A stretch of 36,144 nucleotides of DNA, from the IMG/VR virus record IMGVR_UViG_3300029675_000028; one strand, 5' to 3'. A program made the translations under genes and the position numbers. Shown piece by piece: positions 7,971 through 15,999 of this stretch. The notes under the pieces were generated by a model. The model had not been told where the DNA came from and did no database searches. It saw only the letters and a list, made by a program, of their open reading frames with translations. The first letter of the stretch is position 1. The number at the start of each line of letters is the position of its first letter. This stretch comes from a virus.

Positions 7971-8152
7971 GCGGATGCCTTCCTGTGCCGTCGTTCCGCC
8001 CGCCATTTCGGGTGGTAGAGCAGGAACGCCTTGAGCGTGCTTATCGGCTCCCAGAAGTCGCCATTGGGTAGGTCGAGCCGCCACCATTGCCCGCAGACCG
8101 GGCAACGCCATACCGGATCACTGCCCGCAGGCTTGCAATACTGACTGCTCAC
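7967..8152 (-). CDS. Small Cys-containing protein (61 aa)
   Basis: VSSQYCKPAGSDPVWRCPVCGQWW...; GTGA overlap with the upstream stop. Confidence 0.6.
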   Translation of the reverse strand: MSSQYCKPAGSDPVWRCPVCGQWWRLDLPNGDFWEPISTLKAFLLYHPKWRAERRHRKASA

Positions 8153-8352
8153 TGCCCCGCCTCCAGTTCACTGATGTCGGTCAGGATGCCGTAATGCTCG
8201 AAGATGAAGTCGATCATCAGGTGACGTCCTTCGATCGTGAACGAATACTGATCCGGGTCAGCAGACGTGCACGTATCGAACCGAAGAAAGGCGTCTTGCA
8301 GAGCATCGGCCACATCTTGGCGCGTGAATATCTTCCCGACCTGTTCGCTCAT
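8149..8352 (-). CDS. Hypothetical protein (67 aa)
   Basis: MSEQVGKIFTRQDVADALQDAFLRF...; ATGA overlap; GGAGG RBS. Confidence 0.65.
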   Translation of the reverse strand: MSEQVGKIFTRQDVADALQDAFLRFDTCTSADPDQYSFTIEGRHLMIDFIFEHYGILTDISELEAGQ

Positions 8353-8657
8353 TTCAGCGCCTCCGTCCGTGCGGCCGTGATCGCCAACCGCGCCAACCTC
8401 CGGTATTGGACTTTCGCATCCGGGTTCATGTCCGGCCACAACGGCAAGACCTCTTCAACGCTCATACCCGACGTGCCGGTGTAGATGGCGAGCGCCGCCA
8501 TATCGATCTCACGATCCGTGGGATTCCTCGTCGCCCCGGCCCCGTACGCCTTCCGCGACGCCAAACACGCTCCGAGCCTCGTCTGAGTGACGGGGCGCTC
8601 GCCGTTGTCGGGGTAGGGGTAGCGTTCCTCGATTTCGTGGGTGATGATGCTGGTCAT
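8349..8657 (-). CDS. Hypothetical protein (102 aa)
   Basis: MTSIITHEIEERYPYPDNGERPVTQ...; ATGA overlap. Confidence 0.7.
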   Translation of the reverse strand: MTSIITHEIEERYPYPDNGERPVTQTRLGACLASRKAYGAGATRNPTDREIDMAALAIYTGTSGMSVEEVLPLWPDMNPDAKVQYRRLARLAITAARTEALK

Positions 8658-8917
8658 GCTTGGTCTTCTTTCAAATCGGTGGACTGGTATTCGAGCAGGT
8701 AGGGGCTGAGCTTGTCTCGGTGGTCTCGGCGTATGTGGATGGTGCCGATGGTCTGGTCGTTGAATCGTTGGGCGCAGTCGGGGCATATGTCGATCTCGAT
8801 GTCGTTGAGCTGGCCCATGGAGGTGCGGTTGGCCGAATACCCGGACAGGCTGAATCGCAGTGCCTTGCGTTTGCTGGTTTCCGTGCCGCATTGGTCGCAG
8901 TAGATGCGTGTGCTCAT
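8654..8917 (-). CDS. Zinc-ribbon protein (87 aa)
   Basis: MSTRIYCDQCGTETSK...DICPDCAQRF (two CxxC pairs); ATGA overlap. Confidence 0.7.
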   Translation of the reverse strand: MSTRIYCDQCGTETSKRKALRFSLSGYSANRTSMGQLNDIEIDICPDCAQRFNDQTIGTIHIRRDHRDKLSPYLLEYQSTDLKEDQA

Positions 8918-9294
8918 TGTTGGTTCCTTTCGTGGTCTAGGAGGATGTCGAGGTTGGCGAGGGCGGTGTCGGTGTCTCCGAGTGCGAGGTCTCGCCATAT
9001 GCGGTATTCGTGTTCGAGGCCGTTGGCTTCGGCTTGGCCGCGTAGCCGGGTGAGGATGCGGGTCTGGCGTTGCGTCCATGCGATCTTTTCGCCGTAGTCG
9101 ATGACGCGGCATAGGTACCATCGGGCTTTTTCGAGGTCTTCGACGGGTCGGCCTTTGCTGTGGTAGCGCCAGGGGTATTTGATGGCGTTGCCGAGGCAGA
9201 AGGTGGTGTCGGCGGTGAGGTCGATGCATTCCATGCCGGGGTGTGAGTCGGTGTAATGCTTCGGGCTGTTGACGGGGTCGTTGATCCAGCTCAT
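8914..9294 (-). CDS. DUF3310-like phage protein
   Basis: NSPKHYTD...GMECIDL...FCLGNAIKYPWRYHSKGRPVEDLEKARWYL matches the conserved pattern I recall for DUF3310. Confidence 0.8.
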   Translation of the reverse strand: MSWINDPVNSPKHYTDSHPGMECIDLTADTTFCLGNAIKYPWRYHSKGRPVEDLEKARWYLCRVIDYGEKIAWTQRQTRILTRLRGQAEANGLEHEYRIWRDLALGDTDTALANLDILLDHERNQQ

Positions 9295-9938
9295 TGCTTG
9301 TCTCCTTGGGTGACGGTTCGCATGATGTCGAGGTAGTTGGCGTAGTCGTTGCGGTCTCGTGTGATGCAGTCTTCGACCCTGTGGGTGCCCGTGTGGCCTT
9401 GGTAGGGGTTGTGGTCGAGGGCTAGGTCGCTGATCCGGTAGGTGCTCAAATCGAGTTTCCGGTGGTTGGCGAGGGCTCTAAGCCAGTCGGGGTGGAGGTG
9501 CGGGGCGAGCTGGTTGGTGAGTATGTCGATGTCGTAGTCCACGTTGGTGCCGGCCGGGTGGAGCACGTACTGGGATGCCTCGGTGTTGAGGAATTCGCTT
9601 AGGTTGCGGGCCACGTTCGCGTATCCGTATTCGTTGGGTTCGGTTTCCATGACGGTGTCCAAGAGCCCGTTGTCGAGGTGCATGCGCAGCACGTATGGGT
9701 CGAGGTCGTAGAGGCTCACATCGTCGGGGCGGACGGGGCTGATGAACCGGCCGCCTTCCTCGGCGGCGTCGAGGCTGGTGACGATCATGCCGATTTCGAG
9801 GATTTTCGCGTCGGTGCGGCTGATGCCGGTGGTTTCGGTGTCGATCCACAGGAGCATGTGGGGTTTCTCGGGCGGTCGGGGCGGGTCGAGCGGGATCGAC
9901 CGGCCGCCGACGGTGAGGTTCCTGACACTGGTGTTCAT
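9291..9938 (-). CDS. DEDDh-type 3'-5' exonuclease (oligoribonuclease/DnaQ-like)
   Basis: Exo I WIDTETTG, Exo II-like GTNVDYDIDIL, Exo III HRVEDCI. Confidence 0.8.
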   Translation of the reverse strand: MNTSVRNLTVGGRSIPLDPPRPPEKPHMLLWIDTETTGISRTDAKILEIGMIVTSLDAAEEGGRFISPVRPDDVSLYDLDPYVLRMHLDNGLLDTVMETEPNEYGYANVARNLSEFLNTEASQYVLHPAGTNVDYDIDILTNQLAPHLHPDWLRALANHRKLDLSTYRISDLALDHNPYQGHTGTHRVEDCITRDRNDYANYLDIMRTVTQGDKQ

Positions 9939-9967
9939 TCTTGGATTCCTTTCCTGACGCTGACGGG

Positions 9968-10903
9968 TCAGAACAACATCGATTCGTGCATCTGCCCGTC
10001 CAACTCACGCAAGATGCGCACGCTCGTGGCCCAATACGTCTTCTTCAGTTCGATCGACAGGCCGCGCCGGCCGAGCTTGACGGCCTCGTACACAGTCGAA
10101 CCGATCCCTCCGAACGGATCGAACACAAGCTCACCCCGGTTCGACCACAACCGGATGCAACGGGCGATCAGATCCAGCTGCAACGGCGAGATATGCCGTT
10201 CATCATCGGAATCCTTCGCCAGCCGGGCGTTCAGCACGTCGCCCTGCTTGATGTCCATCCACACGGGGCACACATGCCGCTCCGATCCAAGCGTCTCGTC
10301 GTGCCCGTAGTCGAACCAGATCGGGGAAGCCCATTGAATCCACTCGTCGTTCGTCACGTCCGTCTTGACGGGCACGGGATTGTCGCCCGGCTTGCGGAAC
10401 AAAAGCACGTAATCCGCATACGCGGGACGACTCATCGCGGAATCCTTGTTCTTCGTGGTGAACATCAATCCCTGCGCCTTCGTACGGATCGCCTGAGCCT
10501 GCGGATCCTTCCACACGCACACCTCACCGTGGTAGATCCACCCGGCCGACTCGTAGTCACGGATCACGTCGCCACGAAAATCATGCGTGCCCACATACCC
10601 GAACGACGACTTCGTGCGACTCAACTGCGTGCAATGCACACACGCCAACCGCCCCGGCATCGTCACACGCAACAACTCGCGGATGATATACCCATACTGC
10701 TCATGAAACACGTCCGCACTATGGTTATTCGACAGATCACGGATCGAATCGGAAAACGTGAACAGACTCACGAATGGCGGCGACGACACACTCAACCCGA
10801 CCGAATCCGCCTCGATCTCACCCATGCGCTCGCAGCTGTCGCCGAGCCAGAGCTGCCAGTCGTTGCCCTTGGCCTCGTCGGTGGTGTATGTTTCGTCGAT
10901 CAT
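9968..10903 (-). CDS. DNA methyltransferase, beta-class N4/N6 type, with no cognate nuclease evident
   Basis: Catalytic motif IV SPPF precedes AdoMet motif I FDPFGGIGST, which is the beta-class order. SPPF/SPPY is more typical of N4-cytosine enzymes. Confidence 0.88.
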   Translation of the reverse strand: MIDETYTTDEAKGNDWQLWLGDSCERMGEIEADSVGLSVSSPPFVSLFTFSDSIRDLSNNHSADVFHEQYGYIIRELLRVTMPGRLACVHCTQLSRTKSSFGYVGTHDFRGDVIRDYESAGWIYHGEVCVWKDPQAQAIRTKAQGLMFTTKNKDSAMSRPAYADYVLLFRKPGDNPVPVKTDVTNDEWIQWASPIWFDYGHDETLGSERHVCPVWMDIKQGDVLNARLAKDSDDERHISPLQLDLIARCIRLWSNRGELVFDPFGGIGSTVYEAVKLGRRGLSIELKKTYWATSVRILRELDGQMHESMLF

Positions 10904-10904
10904 G

Positions 10905-12224
10905 TCATGCCGCCTTTCTGTAGTTGCGTGTTTCGTTCATGGTGGCCACGAGGTCGGCGCTGAGCATGGTCGCCTCGTGTTCCTTGCGTTGGATGTTGGC
11001 CGCGATCTCGCTTTCGAGGTCGGAGCAGACGATGTGCACGTCCACGACGTGGCGCTGCCCGAATCGGTAGCATCGTCGGATCGACTGGTAGTAGGATTCC
11101 CAGCTGTCGTTGATGCCGCAGAAGATCATGCGGTGGCAGTTCTGCCAGTTGAGGCCGAACGCGGCCATCTGGGCTTTAGTGACGAGTACGCGGATGTTGC
11201 CGTCGGCGAAGTCGAGGAACGCCCGGGCCTTGTCCTCGGCGCTCATGCTGCCTTTGACGTTCACCGCGCCGGGGATGAGTTTTTCCAGCCGGTCGGCCTC
11301 GTCGTTCAGCCCGCACCAGATGATCCATTGGTCGTCGGGGTGCCGGTTGACGAGTTCGACGCTTTTCGCGACGCGCGCGTCCAGCGTTTCGCGGCGTACG
11401 CGCGAGCGTCCTCCCACGCCGCCGATGTCGGAGGCGAACAGCTGCCCGTCCGGCACGGATCCCCGGTATGGTACGTAGTCGGCGTCCACGTGCAGTCCGG
11501 GCAGTTCGAATCCGGCGTCGCTGCCGCCGATGTCGGATGGTTTGCGCAATGCGATGGCCCATTGGGCGAGCCATCGCATGAACGCGGTTCGGCCGTGTCC
11601 CTTCAGCCGCCATCCGCTGCCCTTGTCCGCGCCGAGGTTGTTCGTGAAGTACGTGGCGAGGATCTCCTGTCGGGTGGAGTGTCCGAGGAATTCGGCCTGC
11701 GAGGTGAGTTCCTCGGGGTCGTTCGGCGCTGGGGTCGCGGTGCATGCCAGACGGTGGCGCACCGGTTTGAAGTGGTTGATCAGCATGGTGCGGGTCTTGC
11801 CGGTGGATTGTTTGAGGATCGACGCCTCGTCCAGGACGACCGCGTTGAACATGTCGGCGGGGAACGATTCGACGCGTTCGTAGTTCGTGACCCATACGCC
11901 GTCGCCTGTGATCTCGTCGGGTGTTCTCACGTAGGTGGCGGTCAGGTCGAGCTTGCGGGCTTCGCGGCATGTCTGCTCGCATACGGCCAGCGGGGCGACG
12001 ACGAGCCTGCGCCCGTCGAACCGGCGGGCCCATTCGAGCTGCATCATGGTCTTGCCCAGTCCGGTGTCGGCCCAGATCGCGGCTCTGCCTACCTTGAGCG
12101 CCCATGAGACGATGCGTTTCTGCCAGTCGAACAGTCGGGGGTGGAGCGTTCCCTCGGGGACGTCGATGCCGTCGGGCGGTTCCGTGTCGCGTTTGCGTTT
12201 CAGGAATTCGTGGTAGCTGATCAT
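10905..12224 (-). CDS. SNF2/DEAD-like helicase
   Basis: Motif I DTGLGKT, motif II VLDEAS, C-terminal helicase motifs (FGLNWQ...). Start ATG 12224 in an ATGA overlap. Confidence 0.88.
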   Translation of the reverse strand: MISYHEFLKRKRDTEPPDGIDVPEGTLHPRLFDWQKRIVSWALKVGRAAIWADTGLGKTMMQLEWARRFDGRRLVVAPLAVCEQTCREARKLDLTATYVRTPDEITGDGVWVTNYERVESFPADMFNAVVLDEASILKQSTGKTRTMLINHFKPVRHRLACTATPAPNDPEELTSQAEFLGHSTRQEILATYFTNNLGADKGSGWRLKGHGRTAFMRWLAQWAIALRKPSDIGGSDAGFELPGLHVDADYVPYRGSVPDGQLFASDIGGVGGRSRVRRETLDARVAKSVELVNRHPDDQWIIWCGLNDEADRLEKLIPGAVNVKGSMSAEDKARAFLDFADGNIRVLVTKAQMAAFGLNWQNCHRMIFCGINDSWESYYQSIRRCYRFGQRHVVDVHIVCSDLESEIAANIQRKEHEATMLSADLVATMNETRNYRKAA

Positions 12225-12637
12225 TGTCGGGATCCTTTCGGGTGTTTGATGTCGGGGATGTAGCCGGGCTGGTCCGAGGGTGGTTCGGCCGGGGTGCGGG
12301 TGCCGTCCGCGTTGAGCTGCTGCCAGCCGACGGTGCGGTAGTAGACGGGGATGGTGGCGGGGTCTTTGCCCATGTGGACGAGGTAGCCGAGCCGGTAGGC
12401 GCGTGCGGGGTGGGCGTGGACCCATCCGTGGCATCCGGTGGTGCCGCTGCCGCACAGGGTGAGCAGGTTGCCGGGCTCGTGCAGGTTGTCGTAGCCGTGG
12501 CCTTGGCTGCGCATTCTGCGGTGGTGGATGCTGTACCCGCTCCAGCCGGTGTCGATGGGCTGGCCGCAGATGGCGCATTTGAAGCCGTCGCGGTGGAGGA
12601 CTTGCCGGCGGGTTTCGTTGGTGGGTTTGGTGCTCAT
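12221..12637 (-). CDS. HNH endonuclease
   Basis: HRDGFKCAICGQ...IHHRRMRSQGH...NLLTLCGSGTTGCHGWVH; ATGA overlap with the upstream gene. Confidence 0.82.
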   Translation of the reverse strand: MSTKPTNETRRQVLHRDGFKCAICGQPIDTGWSGYSIHHRRMRSQGHGYDNLHEPGNLLTLCGSGTTGCHGWVHAHPARAYRLGYLVHMGKDPATIPVYYRTVGWQQLNADGTRTPAEPPSDQPGYIPDIKHPKGSRQ

Positions 12638-13707
12638 CTCTGGGCCTTTCGTTGGCATTCGTTGATGATTTCCTTGGCTTTTTGTTCCGGGTTGATGCCG
12701 GTTTTTACGCAGGCCCAGAAGTCGGTTCTCATCGCGTCGGTGAAGGTGCCGGCCGGTACGTGGTCTCGGATGTGGCCGGTGATCCACCGGTCGTCGATGA
12801 CGGTGCCGTCGGGCAGCGCGTGCCGGTAGGGTTTCGGCCGGCTGGGCATGGTGTCCATGTATGCGCCTTGGCGCAGCCATCGGCTCATGTTGGGCGCGTA
12901 TTTGGGTTCGTCGATGGTTTTGGCGTAGGCGATGGCACTGCCGATGAGCTGTCTGGGGGCGGCCGGCGGTCGGCCGTCGACGCCTTGGATGGCGAGGTTC
13001 CACGCCTTTTCGGCTTCGGTTTTGCTGCCGGTGTGGCGTGGGTATGCGTTCCATGCGGTCTCGAATGGGTCTTCGAGCATCCTGGCCTCGAGTTCGGCCA
13101 TGGTGACGCGCTCCGGCTCCGACTCGGACACCGGTGTCGACGTCGGGGTCGGCGTGGAGGGGTTGGGGGAGGTTATATCGGTATGGGAATAGGTATAGGT
13201 AAGGGTGCTTCGTTTTTGCTTGCCGGTTTGCTTCGCGTTTGCTTCACCTTTTGCTTCGGCAAGTGCTTCGTCGTTTGCTTCGTTTGTTTGAAGCATTTGC
13301 TTCGCGTTTGCTTCGCTGTCTGCTGAGGCATTTGCTTCGTTTTTGCTTCGTCTCGAGCGGCCGGACGCCTTGCCTCCGGCACGGCCGGCGCGGGCGCGTT
13401 TTTCCTGTAGTTCCTTGGTGGCCGCGTACTTGCAGAGCATGGTGCCGTCCGGGTTGGCGGCGACGATCTCGAACACGGCCGGCTCGGTTTCGCGCCACAG
13501 GCCGGCGTCCACGAGCTGGCGGGCGAGCTTCGGGCTGCCGCCGAGCTTCCTGACGCGCTGCATGGTGATGGCCCCGTCGTAGTCGCCGTGGCGCAGCTGG
13601 CGTCCGACGTAGCTGCCGGCGAGAGCCCACAGGCCAATCGCGGACAATGGAAGCTCCTCGCATTGCGGGCTGTCGTAGATGCCGTCGTCGATCATGAACC
13701 AAGTCAT
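12634..13707 (-). CDS. Replication initiator / replisome-organizer-like protein with an internal repeat region
   Basis: Winged-helix-like N-terminus (MIDDGIYDSPQ...LWALAGSY...LVDAGLW). C-terminal FETAWNAYPRHTGSKTEAEKAW motif seen in phage replication proteins. The central low-complexity EAN/AKQ segment is encoded by iterons. Sits next to SSB. Confidence 0.75.
   Translation of the reverse strand: MTWFMIDDGIYDSPQCEELPLSAIGLWALAGSYVGRQLRHGDYDGAITMQRVRKLGGSPKLARQLVDAGLWRETEPAVFEIVAANPDGTMLCKYAATKELQEKRARAGRAGGKASGRSRRSKNEANASADSEANAKQMLQTNEANDEALAEAKGEANAKQTGKQKRSTLTYTYSHTDITSPNPSTPTPTSTPVSESEPERVTMAELEARMLEDPFETAWNAYPRHTGSKTEAEKAWNLAIQGVDGRPPAAPRQLIGSAIAYAKTIDEPKYAPNMSRWLRQGAYMDTMPSRPKPYRHALPDGTVIDDRWITGHIRDHVPAGTFTDAMRTDFWACVKTGINPEQKAKEIINECQRKAQR
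13206..13350. repeat. Array of about 11 iterons (consensus TTTGCTTCG) at roughly 11-bp spacing; candidate phage origin of replication
   Basis: Exact TTTGCTTCG at 13227, 13250, 13274, 13296, 13307, 13331 and 13342. Variants at 13206, 13217, 13238 and 13263. The array is flanked by an AT-richer GGTAT-repeat patch at 13178-13205. Confidence 0.7.
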
Positions 13708-13730
13708 GGTGAACCTCTCTCAATGTGTGG

Positions 13731-14168
13731 TTACTTGATCTCGCCGGTGTTCGGGTCGACGGCCTCTCCTCCGTCGGTCTCGTCAGCATCGTCGTCGAGA
13801 TCGGGATAGTCGGGCGCGCTTTCCTCGAACGTGGCGAGGCTGTCGTGGAGGTTGTCGTACAGGACCGCGCGGCGTGCGTCCTTCGGATAGGTGAGCAGCC
13901 GGTTGATGACCTCGGCGCAGTCGATGATGTGCTGCGCGAGCACGTCCGTGTCGTACACGGCCTCGGTGTACGGGTCGATCTGATGGAACTTGTCGAGGTA
14001 GGCGTCTTTGGTTTCGAGCTGCATCTTGTGGTTGACCGCGCGGCGGAAGTCCACGGCCGCCTGCTTGATCTTCGCGCACGAGCTGTTGAAGTCCAGCAGG
14101 CCCAGCGGGCTCATCTCGTCGGGTATGAGCGCGTCCTGAACAAGTCCCGAGTCCTTTTTCTTTGCCAT
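13731..14168 (-). CDS. Hypothetical protein (145 aa, acidic C-terminus)
   Basis: MAKKKDSGLVQDALIPDEM...; AAAGGA lies 7 nt upstream of ATG 14168. Confidence 0.75.
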   Translation of the reverse strand: MAKKKDSGLVQDALIPDEMSPLGLLDFNSSCAKIKQAAVDFRRAVNHKMQLETKDAYLDKFHQIDPYTEAVYDTDVLAQHIIDCAEVINRLLTYPKDARRAVLYDNLHDSLATFEESAPDYPDLDDDADETDGGEAVDPNTGEIK

Positions 14169-14181
14169 GAGGGTGTCCTTT

Positions 14182-14733
14182 CTAGAATTCCGGTTCGCCG
14201 GCATCGGTGGTGAACGTGTCCGGCGTGTAGCCGCTACCGCCGTTGGCCCACGGGTCGGTTGCGGGCGGCTGAGACGGCGCGGTGGCTGGCCGTGGGCCGA
14301 CGGGCGGGTTGCCTGCGGGGTTGCCGTAGGTGCTGCCGTAGGTGCTGCCGCCCTGATAACCGTTGTGGCCGCCCTGTTTCGTGACCTGCGCGGTCGCGTA
14401 CCGGAGGCTGGGGCCGATCTCGTCCACGGTCAGTTCCATGACGGTGCGGTTCGAGCCGTCATGCGCCTGATACGAGTGTTGGGAGAGGCGGCCTTGGGCG
14501 ACGACGCGCATGCCCTTCGAGCATGATTGGCTGATGTGCCTGGCGAGGTCGTTCCACGCCGAGCAGCGCAGGAACAACGCCGTGCCGTCCTCGTACTGCT
14601 GCGTCCGGCGGTTATAGGTGCGGGGCGTGCTGGCGATCGTGAACGACGCGACCGGATTGCCGTCGGACAGGGTGCGCAGTTCGGGGTCGGCGGTGAGGTT
14701 GCCGATGATCGTGATGACGGTTTCGCCGGCCAC
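14182..14733 (-). CDS. ssb: Single-stranded DNA-binding protein
   Basis: OB-fold N-terminus VITIIGNLTADPELRTLSDGNPVASFTIAS, a Gly/Pro-rich linker and an acidic tail DAGEPEF. GTG 14733 lies after GGAGGACGAGGA. Confidence 0.9.
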   Translation of the reverse strand: MAGETVITIIGNLTADPELRTLSDGNPVASFTIASTPRTYNRRTQQYEDGTALFLRCSAWNDLARHISQSCSKGMRVVAQGRLSQHSYQAHDGSNRTVMELTVDEIGPSLRYATAQVTKQGGHNGYQGGSTYGSTYGNPAGNPPVGPRPATAPSQPPATDPWANGGSGYTPDTFTTDAGEPEF

Positions 14734-14987
14734 TAGTCCTCGTCCTCCATGTCCTCGGCTGCGCCGCTCGCGATGCCCCATGCCACGTCCTCGCGGCGGC
14801 CGTGGCAGTGCAGGGCGAGGTCGGAGAGCGCCACATAGGCCATGTCGGCCACGCCGCGCATGTGCCCCAGCTCGGCTAGGGTCTCCCCGTCTTCCTCGGC
14901 GATGTCGTCGGCTCTTCCCTCGGTGCAGCCGAGCGGCCGGCCGGCCAGCTCCTTCGCCAAGCGTTCCTCAAGCGAGATAACGGTCAT
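14733..14987 (-). CDS. Hypothetical acidic protein (84 aa)
   Basis: MTVISLEERLAKELAGRPLG...; GAAGGAA RBS. Confidence 0.7.
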   Translation of the reverse strand: MTVISLEERLAKELAGRPLGCTEGRADDIAEEDGETLAELGHMRGVADMAYVALSDLALHCHGRREDVAWGIASGAAEDMEDED

Positions 14988-14988
14988 T

Positions 14989-15264
14989 TCATGATTCCTT
15001 CATCTGGTAGTCGGCCTTGATCTTCCACATGCACCGCGCGGTGATCTGCCGTCGGTCGCGGTCAACGACCACGTCGCCGACACGCGGGAATAACAGCGTG
15101 CGATCCCACTGCGGGTCGCTGTTGAGCCGGCGGATCGTGTCGATGAGCGAGTCCAGGAGCTCGCCGGCACCCATGTGCAAGGCCTCGTCGGTCAGGGGCC
15201 ACTCGAACAGGCTGCACCCCTCTTCCCTGTAGTCGTATTCGTCCGGTGACGGCTGTGATGCCAT
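14989..15264 (-). CDS. Hypothetical protein (91 aa); first gene after the 372-nt non-coding gap
   Basis: MASQPSPDEYDYREEGCSLFEWPL...; AAGGAAAGGAA RBS. Confidence 0.75.
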   Translation of the reverse strand: MASQPSPDEYDYREEGCSLFEWPLTDEALHMGAGELLDSLIDTIRRLNSDPQWDRTLLFPRVGDVVVDRDRRQITARCMWKIKADYQMKES

Positions 15265-15636
15265 GCGTGTTCCTTTCCTTGTGCGCGGAGTATGCGGGTT
15301 GCGGTCGCGCTGGCCCCGGTCGGGACGGCCTCAGGAGTCGAAGCCTGCCGTGTCCATCGCTCCCCGCTCGCACTGGCGTTCCGCGTGTCCTGTCAGTGGC
15401 GTGCGAGGGGGCGACGTTGACGCGATCGCAGTGGACGGCGGCCGAATCGAACGGCTTCCCGGTCTTTGCCCGCGCCCGCCTGACGCGAATCTCGACCGGG
15501 GGCGAACCTGCCCGCCCTTGGTGCGTCGCCGATGGAGAGGACCGGCGGCGCGATCATTGAGAGAGGTGGTGTTAACGACTTGTTCCTTGTCGCCGCCCGC
15601 CATATTGGAAGGGAATGCAATGATGGCGGGCAAGTC

Positions 15637-15804
15637 TCATATGGTCAGCACGAGCGCGACCATGCCGGCGCGCCAGAACGTGCGAGCCAACGTGTCCGAC
15701 GGCTTCCGACTCGCCTGAGACGGGTCGATGAGGGCGATGTCCGCAAGCTCGGCGAGCACGTACACCGCGAGTACTGTCCACTGCTGCCAGACGATCCCGC
15801 TCAC
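15637..15804 (-). CDS. Small two-pass membrane protein (55 aa)
   Basis: GTG 15804 in a GTGA overlap with the upstream stop. VSGIVWQQWTVLAVYVLAELADIALI...FWRAGMVALVLTI. Below the 60-aa cut-off as a trimmed ORF. Confidence 0.55.
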   Translation of the reverse strand: MSGIVWQQWTVLAVYVLAELADIALIDPSQASRKPSDTLARTFWRAGMVALVLTI

Positions 15805-15989
15805 TGTTCGTCTCCCTGCTCCTCGACGATGGCGATGAACAGGGTCGGCACGACGAGGAACGCCCACCACGCGGCCAGCCCATTGCCGAACGGATGCATG
15901 CAGGCGTCATGGGTGAACAGCCACACAATGCAGACGATGAACGATATGACGGCCATGAGGCCGATCGTGTACGGGTAGCGCTTGAACAT
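15801..15989 (-). CDS. Small two-pass membrane protein (62 aa)
   Basis: MFKRYPYTIGLMAVISFIVCIVWLF...LAAWWAFLVVPTLFIAIV; starts 11 nt after the SPFH gene stop. Confidence 0.7.
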   Translation of the reverse strand: MFKRYPYTIGLMAVISFIVCIVWLFTHDACMHPFGNGLAAWWAFLVVPTLFIAIVEEQGDEQ

Positions 15990-15999
15990 GACGCCGCCC

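Noticed and set aside
15440-15465. T-loop-like GCCG-TTCGATT-CGGC on the minus strand as a possible second tRNA
   Set aside because: No acceptor, D or anticodon arms can be built around it.
15331-15633. 100-aa minus-strand ORF, and other ORFs of about 75-150 aa, inside the 372-nt gap
   Set aside because: The products are R/G/P/S-rich and disordered-looking. There is no RBS or coupling to neighbours, and GC3 is only moderate. I treat the region as non-coding, with low certainty.
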